NCBI RefSeq assembly: GCF_018350175.1
Contig: NC_058369.1
Coordinates: 312,001 to 372,000 of the forward strand
Direction of reading: 5' to 3'
From: Felis catus
Taxonomy: Eukaryota
Length of the DNA stretch: 60,000 nt
Part shown: piece by piece, positions 50,340 to 60,000 of the stretch
How the letters are laid out: each line of letters starts with the position of its first letter
How positions within the stretch are numbered: the stretch's first letter is position 1
Position numbers and translations under genes: made by a program
Notes under the pieces: model-generated
Told to the model about the DNA's origin: nothing
Seen by the model: only the letters and a program-made list of their open reading frames with translations
Database searches by the model: none

Positions 50340-51200
50340 GGCATTTGATTAACAAAGTTAGCTGCATTACACTGTAGCATGCAACAGTATTGTTAGCATC
50401 TTCACGGAGATGTGCAACCACCACCCTTGTCTCATTCCAGAACATTCCATCACACCAGAAAGTAACCCCGGCCTCATCAGCCATCACCCTCGCCCCCCAG
50501 TCCCCGCAAGCCCCCTCCCCGTCCGTGGATGGGCCTATTCTGGACGTTCACACACGTGGACTCACACCCCGCGTGGCCTCTCGTGTCTGGTTCCCTCCCT
50601 GAGCGTCACGTGTTCAGGGTCCGTCCACGGGGCGGCGGGGGTGGGCGCCTCGCTCCTGCTCGCGGCCGAGGGATGTGCGCGTGCGCGGGGGACACGGTCG
50701 TCTGTGGACGTGCGCGTGCGCAGAAGACGTGTGCTGGGTATACGTTCACACGTCGATGGACGTTTGCGTCTCGGTTGCTGTGCATCAGGCTGCTGTGAAC
50801 GTCGTGCGTGCTTATCGGGGCCCCCCCGCGCCCCCTCCTCTCGCTCTTTCGGACACGCGCCTAGAAATGGTTGCTGCGTGGAACTTTCTGAGGAACCACC
50901 ACCAGACTGTTCTCCGCAGCGGCTGTCCCCTCTCAGTGGTCCCGATTGGCCCACATCCTGGATGACGCTTGGTATTTTCTGTCCTTCAGTCGAGCTGTCC
51001 TGGTGGGTATGCAGTGGTGTCTCATTGTGGCTTTGGTTTGCGTTTCCCTAATGACTGATAACTTTGTGCATCTTTTCATGGCTTCTTGGCCTTTGGTTAC
51101 TTTCTAGGGGAAGTGTCTGTTCAAGCTTCTTTGCCTGTTTCTAAACTGGGCTGTTTTTCTGTTGACTTGTAAGACTTCTGTGTGCATTCTGCAACCCAGC
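50340..51200 (-). mobile_element. Old L1 3'-end fragment with shared core
   Basis: Core at 50521-50720; typical L1 continuation gcgtttccctaatgactgataactttgtgcatcttttcatg. Confidence 0.78.
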
Positions 51201-54076
51201 CTCGTCCTTCCCTGTCCGTGGTCCCTCTCTCTTGCCCCCGTCCTGGGTGTCACAGCTCGGAAGGCCCGGCTCCAAAGATGGGACGGCGAGGCCCACTTCT
51301 CCAGCGCCACCCAGCTCGGCGGCCCCACGGCCACTCCCACCCACTTGACAGATGCCCAGACTGCGGGCACCTGCCCGAGTTCTCACAGGTTAAAACGTGA
51401 AAAGCTGGTCACGAAAAGCTGATCACACAGCGTGTGATCCCCCGTGTGTGAAACATCCGGAAGGGGCTCATCCACAGACGGGAAGAGGCTCGTGGGGCTG
51501 GGGGCTGGGGAGTGATCACTAGTGGTCGGCAGGGGTGGGGGGGTGTTCTTTTGGGGATGATGGGTTGTTTTACCCCTAATCGTGGGGGGCGGGGGCGCAC
51601 GCCTCTGTGAAGACACTAAAAGCCGTTGAAGTGTGCGCTTTAAATGGGGGAACTGAATGACGTGTGAATGAGATCCCAGTGGGACTGTTGGGAAAGCAGT
51701 ATTGAAACATACTCCCCGAAGCCAGCAGGACCCAGTCCCCGGTCTGCTGCCTGCACAGGCCCAGCCGGCACGTTGGGTCCTCCAGCACTCAGGCTGGGGA
51801 AACTGAGGCCTAAGCCCGCGTCGTGAGTGGCGTTCGCCATTTTGTTACCATGGCTGGGTGTCTGCTTCAGGCGTGCCACGCGCTGGGTCTCAGCAACGGT
51901 TAGTTAACATCACCCTCACCCAAACCTGGAGCTGTGGCTCGCTTTACGGAGGGGGAAACTGAGGCCCAGAACGGGGCCGTTGCCGGAGTCCAGGCAGGCC
52001 CTGGGAGCGGTTGGTGGTGGAGGCCTTGGGCAACTTCCTGTTTCCTGCTGGGAGGGGCTGGCCCGCTGCAGGGGGTGGGGGGGGTGCCTGGGTCCCGCTG
52101 CCCTCCCAGCCACCCCCAGCCCACCCCGTGCTGCCTGCGACCTGGAGGGCGACCTGGAGGGCGAGCGGGTGTCCCCCTGGGGCCGGTTTTGCTGCCTGCC
52201 CCGCAAGCCTCTTCCCAGGGTGGGGGCGAGGCCCCCAGCCTGGTGTCTCCACTTTGCCCCGAAGCCTTCAGGTCCTGGCCCTGCTGCCGGGGCTGCCACG
52301 AGGTGTGGCGGTGGTCCCCAGGCAGAGGTGGGAAGGGCAGTGAAGAGCGGAGGCAGGGCAGGGCGGGGTAGGGGGGGGGAGGGGGGGAGAGGGGTCAGTG
52401 GTAGGGGGGGCCAGGGACCGATGCTGGGGGCCCCGTGGGGAGGTGCAGGGGGAGGGGGGGATCAGTGCCTGGGGGAGGGGCCTGGGGGACAGGGCTAAGA
52501 GAGGCGCCCCTGTGTGGGGCCCACTGTCCGGGGCCTGCTCACACGGTCCCGTTACCCAGCCTTCTGCCGGCAGACACGTTTCCAGATGTTTTGTCACAAC
52601 GGAATCACGACGAGCTGTTTTGTGCGTGTTTCCCCGCAGAAGCCTCTCCGGGGCGGTCACAGCAGCCGGGCCAACCTGCCCTCCCCTCCCGCAGAACTGA
52701 GCACTGCCCGTGTCCCCACATCTTTCCTGACACGGGCCGTTCTGGCATTTTCTGCCACTTGTTATGCAGGAAGGGTATTCCGCTTTTATCTGTGTTTCCC
52801 GGGGAAGCCCGGTGCCTTCCGTGCCTTGGTTTACCCTCAGGACCACCTTCGTGGATCCGTCAGCGCCCCACGGGTGGACTTGCTCCCAGCGTGTGCATCC
52901 CGCTTGCCGCCCGAAGCCCTAGGTCTGTGGCAGAACTAACCCCTTGCCCTTGAGATTTGCAGACGACCGGCCTCGAGGACTGAAGGCCGGGCTTTCCCAG
53001 AAGATAAGGCCTGATGGCCCTTGGAGACACCCGTCTCACCCAGATGCCAGCAAGCCTGTTCAGGGTCTGCTGACCCCGCGGGGCACCGGCTCCCCTGGCT
53101 CGCAGCGCCCCCTTCGCCCAGATGGGGAAGTGGTCTCTGGGACGTCTGTCCACCCTCTTCCCAGGTCGCCCACTTCCTGGAGAAAGCACCCTGCTCTCTC
53201 CCACCGTCACAGACCCGCTGGGTTTGGAACCGACTGACTCTTCGTTTTCTGTGGCAGAGGGACCGAGGTGCGGAGCTGAAGTGACTTGGCCACGGTCCCG
53301 CGGCAGGTTACGACTACTGAGGGCTGGGATTTGAACCCGAATCACTGTACGGACCAAAACGTGTGCTGTGGCCGCACTGGCCCCGGCTGGGCCCCTTCGG
53401 GCCCTGGTCCGCACTTCTCCCCTCTCCCGACTTCGTGTCCAGTCGGCTTCACGAAGGCCCCCGCAGACCGCCCGGGGGGAAGCCGGCAGCGGGGCGGGGG
53501 ACATCCAGGACGAGGCCCCAGGACCGAGTGTGGAATTGGAATTGGATGTCTCAAATATCTGAGCATCTTAACAGTGTGGGAAACAGCATTCATTAAACAC
53601 CACGTGCCGAGCCCCGTGGGCGGGGCCGGAGACGACGAGGGACAAGACAGAGAAGGACCTGCCCTGTGGTGCTCCCAGACCCTGTGGGCGGGGGGGCCAG
53701 ACGTGTGTGAAGATAGGGGTGTGCCAGGGGTTGTGGGTTTGTGCCCACCTGGTGTGCCAAACAAACAAAAAGTAATAAAAAAAAATAGAGATGTGCACAG
53801 GACGTCGTGATTCTCTTTGGGGGCATGCCTCCCGACCCGGCCCACGAGCGTCAGGAAATTCCCAGAGGCATCTGGGACCTGAACGTCAAGTAGGAGTTCA
53901 TCAGGAAAAGAGTGGGGAGAAGCATGCGGAGATGGAACAGCATGTGCAAACGCCCTGGGGTTGGAACGAGATTGGTGGGTTGCAGGAGAAAGGCTCAAGT
54001 TGTCAGAGCAGCTGCCAGGTGGGTAGTTCTGAGGTGGAGCCAGGGAGCTGGCCTGAGTCTCCTGCTACCCGTCCAG

Positions 54077-54382
54077 GGAGATGGGGGGTGGGGATCTTGT
54101 CTGGAACGGCCTGGCACACGGCACAGCCTCTTTCTCCCTGGGGCCTTGTGGCAGGAGCCCTGATGTCTTCGCTGGAGTGGTCTCTTCCAGGCTAGATTCT
54201 GTTCTCAGCCCCCATCACAGCCGACAAGCCTGGGGGTGCTGTGACCGCCTCTGGGGCCCAGCTGACCATCACTGGCCCCACCTCCCACACTGTGCCTATA
54301 TCCTTGGCCCTTCGTGTGCCCAGCACACCACTGGGCCTCCCTGCCCTTGACCCCGTGGCTGTGACCCTAATAAGTGATTCCC
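54077..54382 (+). pseudogene. AZU1: Azurocidin (AZU1) last-exon remnant, frameshifted
   Basis: ccag|GGA GAT GGG GGG (GDGG), then a +1 shift to LVWNGLAHGTASFSLGPCGRSPDVF...DSVL, versus recalled human GDGGTPLVCEGLAHGVASFSLGPCGRGPDFF...DGVL; syntenic position. Confidence 0.8.
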
Positions 54383-54582
54383 GAGGCGCCTGGGGGCTCG
54401 GTCAGTTAAGCGTCGCGGCTCAGGTCAGGATCTCACAGTCTGTGGGTTTGAGCCCCACATCGGGGTCTGTGCCGACAGCTCGGAGCCTGGAGCCTGCTTC
54501 CGACTCTGTGTCCCTCTCTCTGTCCCTCCCCTGCTCATGCTCTCTCTCGCTCTCTCTCAAAAAATAACTAATAAACATTAAG
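54383..54582 (+). mobile_element. CAN-SINE inserted at the AZU1 remnant polyA site
   Basis: TSD aagtgattccc (54372-54382) / aagcgatgccc (54583-54593). Confidence 0.9.
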
Positions 54583-56639
54583 AAGCGATGCCCATCCTCT
54601 TCTCGACACCGATTTCTGCTTTGCTGGGCAGGCGGGGCTGGCAGCAGGAGTTCATGGGCGCTAACTGGCAGTGTGGTCTCCACCCCGAGGGGCCTGTGTT
54701 CACTGAATTCTCTCGCAGTCCTGAGAGGCGGGGGCTGTTCTCTCCAGCAGACAGAGGGAGGGGCCGCCACGGCTCAGAGAGGTTGGGTAACTCGCCTGCA
54801 GACACACAGCCGGTGTGAGCTTTGATCCCAAGTCAGATTCCCCTGGACCATCTCTCGTTTGTGCGGAGAATATATTGTACAGCAAGGTCAAAAGACACAC
54901 GAGAAACTGGTGATGGACTCTTTGCCACTTGAGTCACAGAAGGCTAATGTGCGCCACGTAGAAAGACCTATAGTATAAATATTACTCATATTACAATAAT
55001 ATGCTAATGTGAAAATAATTATATACTATGTATTATAGTTTCTTAAGCTAAATAAAATTCTATTGAAATAGATCATACATATTTATTGTAAATCACTATA
55101 TGTCTACAACATGTATACTTCATAACATATAATAAAATATGACAGTGAAGCTCATATATAAAGAGTGCCTAAAGCCAATAACAACAGCCCGATCGTACAG
55201 GTAGAGGCTGTAAGCAGACCGTTCAGAGCAGAGAAAGACAAAAGCCTCTTGACGAGGTGGGGACAGCCTCACCCTCACTGGTTTGCACGAGAGACTGAGC
55301 AACCTCCCCGGAGACCCTGTCTTTTGACGAGGACACAGACACAAAGCTGCTGAGAACAGTGCGGGCGTCCCCCTCGGCGGGCGGGCGACGAGGCATCTTC
55401 CCGCTGCAAACAATCCGTGTTCCCAGCAGGAGGCCACCAGGGGAGTCACAGCCGTGTGGAAGGTACAGAGTCCTCGGGTCACTGCCCTGAGGGGTCTTCA
55501 TGGGACAGCGGAGAGCAGTGTGTGTGGCGGGGGGACACCTGTCGCCGGCTGCTCGAAGCACCAACCAGGAAGCCCGCGAACATGCGGGGTGAGGTGGGCA
55601 GAGGGGCGCGGATTGCACAGTGACCCCCATCTTTCCAGCAGGGACTGTTTACACATTTTTTAGACCGTTGAACCTTACGAGGGTGGAAGTAAAATTTAAA
55701 AATTAAGAATAAAGAGCAGCAACGCACCGGCGTGCGCCCGGCGGGGCCAGGACTTGGGTGATGCTGTGTCCGGACAACTGTCAGCGCTGCCGACCTGAGG
55801 TCACCAGAGATCACCTGGGGTCCGAGGCAAACACGGGCCTCAAACCCCGGGGCTCTGCCCTCTCCCAGCAGCTGCGTGGGGGCTCCGTGCTTATTCTCCA
55901 ACTCGATCGTGAGGAAAGGGGCCCGCGGGGGCCAGCCCTCTGCCCGGAGCGGTCTCCCGGCCCCCAGCCCTGACCCCGGGTGTCCCAATGCCGCCCAGCA
56001 CCCCCAGAAGCCCCCAGTGCTCACCCAGACTGGCCACCAAGGTTAGTCGAGTTGCCATTAACCCACTTGGCAGATGGAGAGGCTGAGGCCCAGAGAGGAA
56101 CGTCAGGGTGCATGAACCTAGCTTGGTTCAGGGGCCCCGCCTGGACCCAAAAGAGGTCATTCGCTGCCCGCTCATTGTCCAGAAGGGGAACTGAGGCTGA
56201 GGGGGTGGGGGCCCCACACGGACACACTCGGGAGGGAAGACAGAGGGACACAGAGACGCTACAGGCTGAGCCTCCCGCGCTTTCCCTGGACGCCGGGGAG
56301 TTCGCTCGGGTCCCGCCGGCCCCCACCGGCCACCCGGCCCAGCCCTCGGCCGTTGCCTGTTGCGTCACCCACAGTTGGAGCCGGAGGGGCCGAGGCCACA
56401 GCTTCCAGGCCCCACTTCCCCTCCGCCCGCCCAGCCCAGCCCAGCCCCTTGGAGGAGCCCCCAGCGCTCCACACCGCCTCACACCACGCCTCTGCCTCCA
56501 GGCAGCCCCTGGCCCTGCGGTCGCCTGCCTGCCCCCCCCCCAGGTCTCCGTGTGCTGCACACCCAGAGCAGAGCACTTGCAGGGGGTCATGAGGGCCAGG
56601 GCCCGCCCGCTTTCCGGCAGATCTTTTTTTTTTTCCTTC

Positions 56640-57130
56640 AGTTTTATTTAATTGCACCTCACGTTCCGTAGAGCTGATCCATTTAACGATTCCGTGGCAT
56701 ATGGTACATTCACAAAGTTGTGCAACCACCACCTCTGATTCCAGAACATTCCACCACCCCCGCCAAAAGGAAGCCCCATCTCCACCAGCAGTCACAGCCC
56801 CCTCCGCCAGCCCCATCGGCCATCACCTCCCCCGGCAAACCCCCCGCAGCCCCCTGCCCCCGCGAGCCCCCTTCCCGTCCGTGGATGAGCCCGTTCTGGA
56901 CGTTTCGCGCACGCGGACTCACACCCCGCGGGGCCTCTCGTGTCGGGTTCCCTCCCTGAGCGTCGTCGCGTGTCCGGGGTCCGTCCGCAGGGCGGCGGGG
57001 TCGGGCGCCTCGCTCCTGCTCGCGGCCGAGGGACGTGCGCGTGCTCGGGGACGCGGTCATCAGTGCGCGTGCGCGTGCACGGTGGCTGCACCTGAGGGAC
57101 GTGCGCGTGCGCGGCGGACACGTTGTGTTT
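56640..57130 (-). mobile_element. Old L1 3'-end fragment with shared core
   Basis: tacattcacaaagttgtgcaaccaccacc flank, then core from 56877. Confidence 0.75.
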
Positions 57131-57364
57131 GTCCCTCATCCCTGTTACACTCCTGTTTGTATTGGGTAATTGAAGCCCTGTGGGGGAGGGCTGTTCTCAT
57201 CGTTCCCACTTAGCAGGTGGGGAAACTGAGGCTCAAGAGGCGGTATTTCCAGCCCAGAATCACAAAGCCCAGCAGAATTTGAACCCAGGCAGCAGGTGCA
57301 TGTCTACTCCCAGAAGAGCCTGGGAACGAGGAGGGGCCGCGTGACCTGCCGGGAAGGGAGGGGA

Positions 57365-57470
57365 CGGTGGGGGTGGTGATGATAGTGATAGGTGGCAGTG
57401 ACGGGTGGTGGTGACGGTGACAGGTGGTGACAGTGATGGCGACAGGTGTCGGTGGTGGTGACGGTGACAG
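57365..57470. repeat. Degenerate (GGTGAC/GGT)n low-complexity repeat
   Basis: Directly visible. Confidence 0.7.
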
Positions 57471-58179
57471 GCAGCGCCCCCGCTTCCCTCACCCTCCCCG
57501 TGGGCGGAGCACTTTCCAAACAACCAGCCTATCCCTGCCCACTTCACGGGTGGGGGTGGAGGACCCAGGCGGCTCGCCGCAGCCGGCACGGCGGGCCCGG
57601 GGGCACACGGGGCGCGTACTGGTGACGGGGGCGCCCCGAGGTGGCTGGACTGATGTAAGGGTTCAGCCAATGTCTGTAGGAGGACAGGAGGAGGGGAACC
57701 AGCCCTGCTTGCTGTGGGCAGCAGACCCTGGGGCGAACATTCCAGAAACAGGCTGCCTGCGTTCCGAGGGGAAAGCCCCCAGGTCAGTACCGTCAGCAGT
57801 AAGTTGATGGTCGCCCTGGGGCGGGGAGGTGGTGCCCGGGAGGACGCGGCCACCCGCCCATGGGACTCCTGACGCATCACAAGGGACAGGAAAGCTGTGT
57901 GCCGTCCCGCGCGGAGGAGACACCAGGGCCAGACGGGGATCGGTGCCCGAGCTGCAGGAGATCCACGAGGAGCCGATCGGAACCAGCCTTCACTCCGGCC
58001 GCGTTTCCAGGGAAGCTGGGGGTGGCAAACCTGGGAATTCTGGGGACTTCTGTGAGCTTGAAACCATTTCAAAATGAAACGTTAAAAAGCATTTTTTTGG
58101 TCCCCAAGTTTGGTGAGCTCTTCTCTCTCTGTTTCTGTATGTTTGTGCTTTTCATAATAATGACTATTTATAAATAAGC

Positions 58180-58390
58180 CCTAATATCTCCTTCTTTCCC
58201 GGCTTCTCCCTCTGGGCCCTGCAGCCCCTGGAGTGTTCTCTGTGGGGGCGTCCTGGACGCTGTGGGGGTGGAACAGAATCCCTGAACCCCACCCCCTCGA
58301 TGCCAGGAGTCCCCCCGACCCCGTGATAACCACAGACATTGCCCAGGGGTCCCCTGGGGCAGAATCACCCCAGGAAAGAGCCCCTGCCTG
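58180..58390. mobile_element. MER20-like DNA transposon remnant
   Basis: gatgccaggag...cagacattgcccaggggtcccctggggcagaatcacccc. Confidence 0.55.
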
Positions 58391-58659
58391 AGAAGGCAAA
58401 GTGAATCTGTAATGGGTAAGGTGGCAGAGATGTTTCTGTGGGTCTCAGGAGGGCACACGGCTCTGTGGCCCCCAGCACCCACCTGAGTGGGGCCCACTCC
58501 AGTCCCTAGACATGCAGGCCACATTCTGCCTTGCTGGGGCCGCAGGGACCCTGAGAGGGAAGGGGTGCAGGGCGTCTGAGAGATGCCTCTTGGAGTCAGG
58601 ACCCCTGGGCCCCGCCCCTGCATGCTCCGCGGACTGTGCTTCTGACCCCTGTGGCCCCA

Positions 58660-58833
58660 AAGATGCAAGGAGGATGTGAGGACAGCAGCCCAGGGGTGGG
58701 ACCGCCCCAACGGCCTCCCCAGCTGGGGAGGGGGCAGAAAGGGTGGCAGGCGGGGTGACCCTGGAGCCCCTGCCCAACCACGACCTACAGCCACCTACTC
58801 GGTGGCTCTGCCCTCGCACCCGTCTCACTGGCA
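58660..58833 (+). pseudogene. PRTN3: PRTN3/ELANE-type promoter and exon 1 remnant (start codon ACG)
   Basis: GAGGAT (degenerate PU.1) at 58670, CAACGG (Myb) at 58708, then gaccctggagcccctgcccaaccACG (58780) followed by TYSHLLGGSALAPVSLA, a truncated signal-peptide-like stretch. Confidence 0.6.
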
Positions 58834-59536
58834 GTGTGTCGGGCCACGCGTCCATCTGTCTGTCTGGACGCTGCTGATTCTGGGGGAGTGTCCACTCAAG
58901 CCAGCCAGTGAAATGGGGACACTGAGGCGGGACCAGGCCAGGACTCTGTCTGCCCCTTGGGATGCGTGCCCCAGGGGGAGGGGAAGAAGAGAGAATGGGG
59001 GGGTCTCTGGGCCATTCGACTGTTTCCCCACCTGTAAAACGGGCAAGTTACATGCGAGCCATGAGCTCCTGAGCCTTGGCCGGCACAGCAAGTGCTCAGT
59101 GAGTGTGTGTGGGTCTGGGTGGGGGGGGACGCGCGGGGGCAGGTGAATGATGTAAGTGCCAGAGGAGGGGCAGGAGCCAGAGGCCCTCCAGAGCCCTCAT
59201 CCTGATGAAGATGTTCCATGACTCAGTTTGTTCATCTGCAAAATGGGTCGCCTCACCGGCTTCCCCCCAACCCCATCCTTCTTAGAAACCTCCCTGGCCT
59301 TCCAGACCGGGTGCCACCGTCCCCAGGGAACCTTCTGAAACAGCAAGGATCCCAGCTGCCGGGCTCTCTGGCCCCAGCAGTGGCTGTCTGCCAGGCCCGG
59401 CCCCGTTCCACCAGCAGACCGCAGCCCCCTGTGCTGTAAGCCACAGGATACCCATTGTGCAGATGGGGACACAGACTCGGAGAGGCCACGCGCCAGGGTC
59501 GAGGTCGCACCGTGGCTCTGCCCACCCCACCCCCCA

Positions 59537-59636
59537 GAGACCATGGGTGGGCACAACGCTGAGCCCCACTCACGGCCCTCCTTGGCGGGCATCCACCCAA
59601 GCTCCGTGCTGCTCACTGCCCACTGCCTGGGGACCC
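59537..59636 (+). pseudogene. PRTN3: Proteinase 3 (PRTN3)-like exon 2 remnant
   Basis: ETMGGHNAEPHSRPSLAG-IHPSSVLLTAHCL versus recalled EIVGGHEAQPHSRPYMA(SLQ...FCGGTL)IHPSFVLTAAHCL; donor reads ATGAGT. Confidence 0.78.
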
Positions 59637-60000
59637 ATGAGTGCGTGCAGGCGGCCCTGCCCTGGGTCACCCCATTCCAAACTGGGCGATGCACTTCCCC
59701 TGCTCTGCAGCCTGAGCCGCTCCTCTCCCTGGTATCGGGACAGCCCTCTCCCTGGTATCCCTCCCAGCCCCGGGAGGGCTGGGCTCACAGGTGTCCTGAC
59801 CTCAGGCCCCAGCGTCCCTCTTGTTGGCAACTCAGGGCCAAGGGTGCAGAGCAGGCTGTCAGGACGTCCTGGGGAGGCTGTGGGGGGTTACCGAGGGGGC
59901 TGTGCTTTGGGTCTCACAGGGCAGGGGGCACCAGTGAGTGTGGGGGGGGCCAAGGGATGGGCACCCCGGTCCCTCAGAAACTCCATCCTGGTGAGGGCGG

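Noticed and set aside
52255..52305. LQVLALLPGL, a possible AZU1 exon 1 relic
   Set aside because: No ATG, TATA box or convincing donor; too short to call, but worth checking in an alignment
53030..53390. Fragments vaguely like AZU1 exon 4 (GRLS..FP, C...NVC)
   Set aside because: Spacing is not colinear and part lies in or next to a MIR-like repeat
55860..55915. ORF 55758..55973 contains SQQ...VLILQLDRE, resembling AZU1 PQQNLNDLMLLQLDRE
   Set aside because: The match is short, would span an exon junction, lies downstream of the last-exon relic, and similarity stops immediately; likely chance
8826..57130. Recurrent repeat interpreted as a CRISPR-like array or protein family (HTRGLTP ORFs)
   Set aside because: Mammalian DNA; copies are dispersed, in both orientations and L1-derived, with no spacer structure

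Overview
Very GC-rich mammalian genomic DNA, almost certainly from a felid (full-length CAN-SINE/SINEC_Fc elements), syntenic with human 19p13.3. It holds two intact genes arranged tail-to-tail. PTBP1 (+) has 15 coding exons at 29521-40250, giving 557 aa with exon 9. PLPPR3/LPPR3 (-) has 7 coding exons at 47712-42156, giving 735 aa. Downstream, where the AZU1-PRTN3-ELANE neutrophil serine protease cluster is expected, I find only decayed remnants. These are a frameshifted AZU1 last exon with a SINE at its polyA site (~54.1-54.6 kb), and a PRTN3-like promoter, exon 1 and exon 2 carrying ATG>ACG, an internal deletion and a lost splice donor (~58.7-59.6 kb). The first 28 kb is intergenic and repeat-rich. 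Across the window, about 10 old L1 3'-end relics share a closely similar, CpG-rich core, suggesting non-allelic GC-biased gene conversion. Most ORF-track entries are spurious products of high GC. All comparisons with human genes and repeat consensi are from memory and need alignment.
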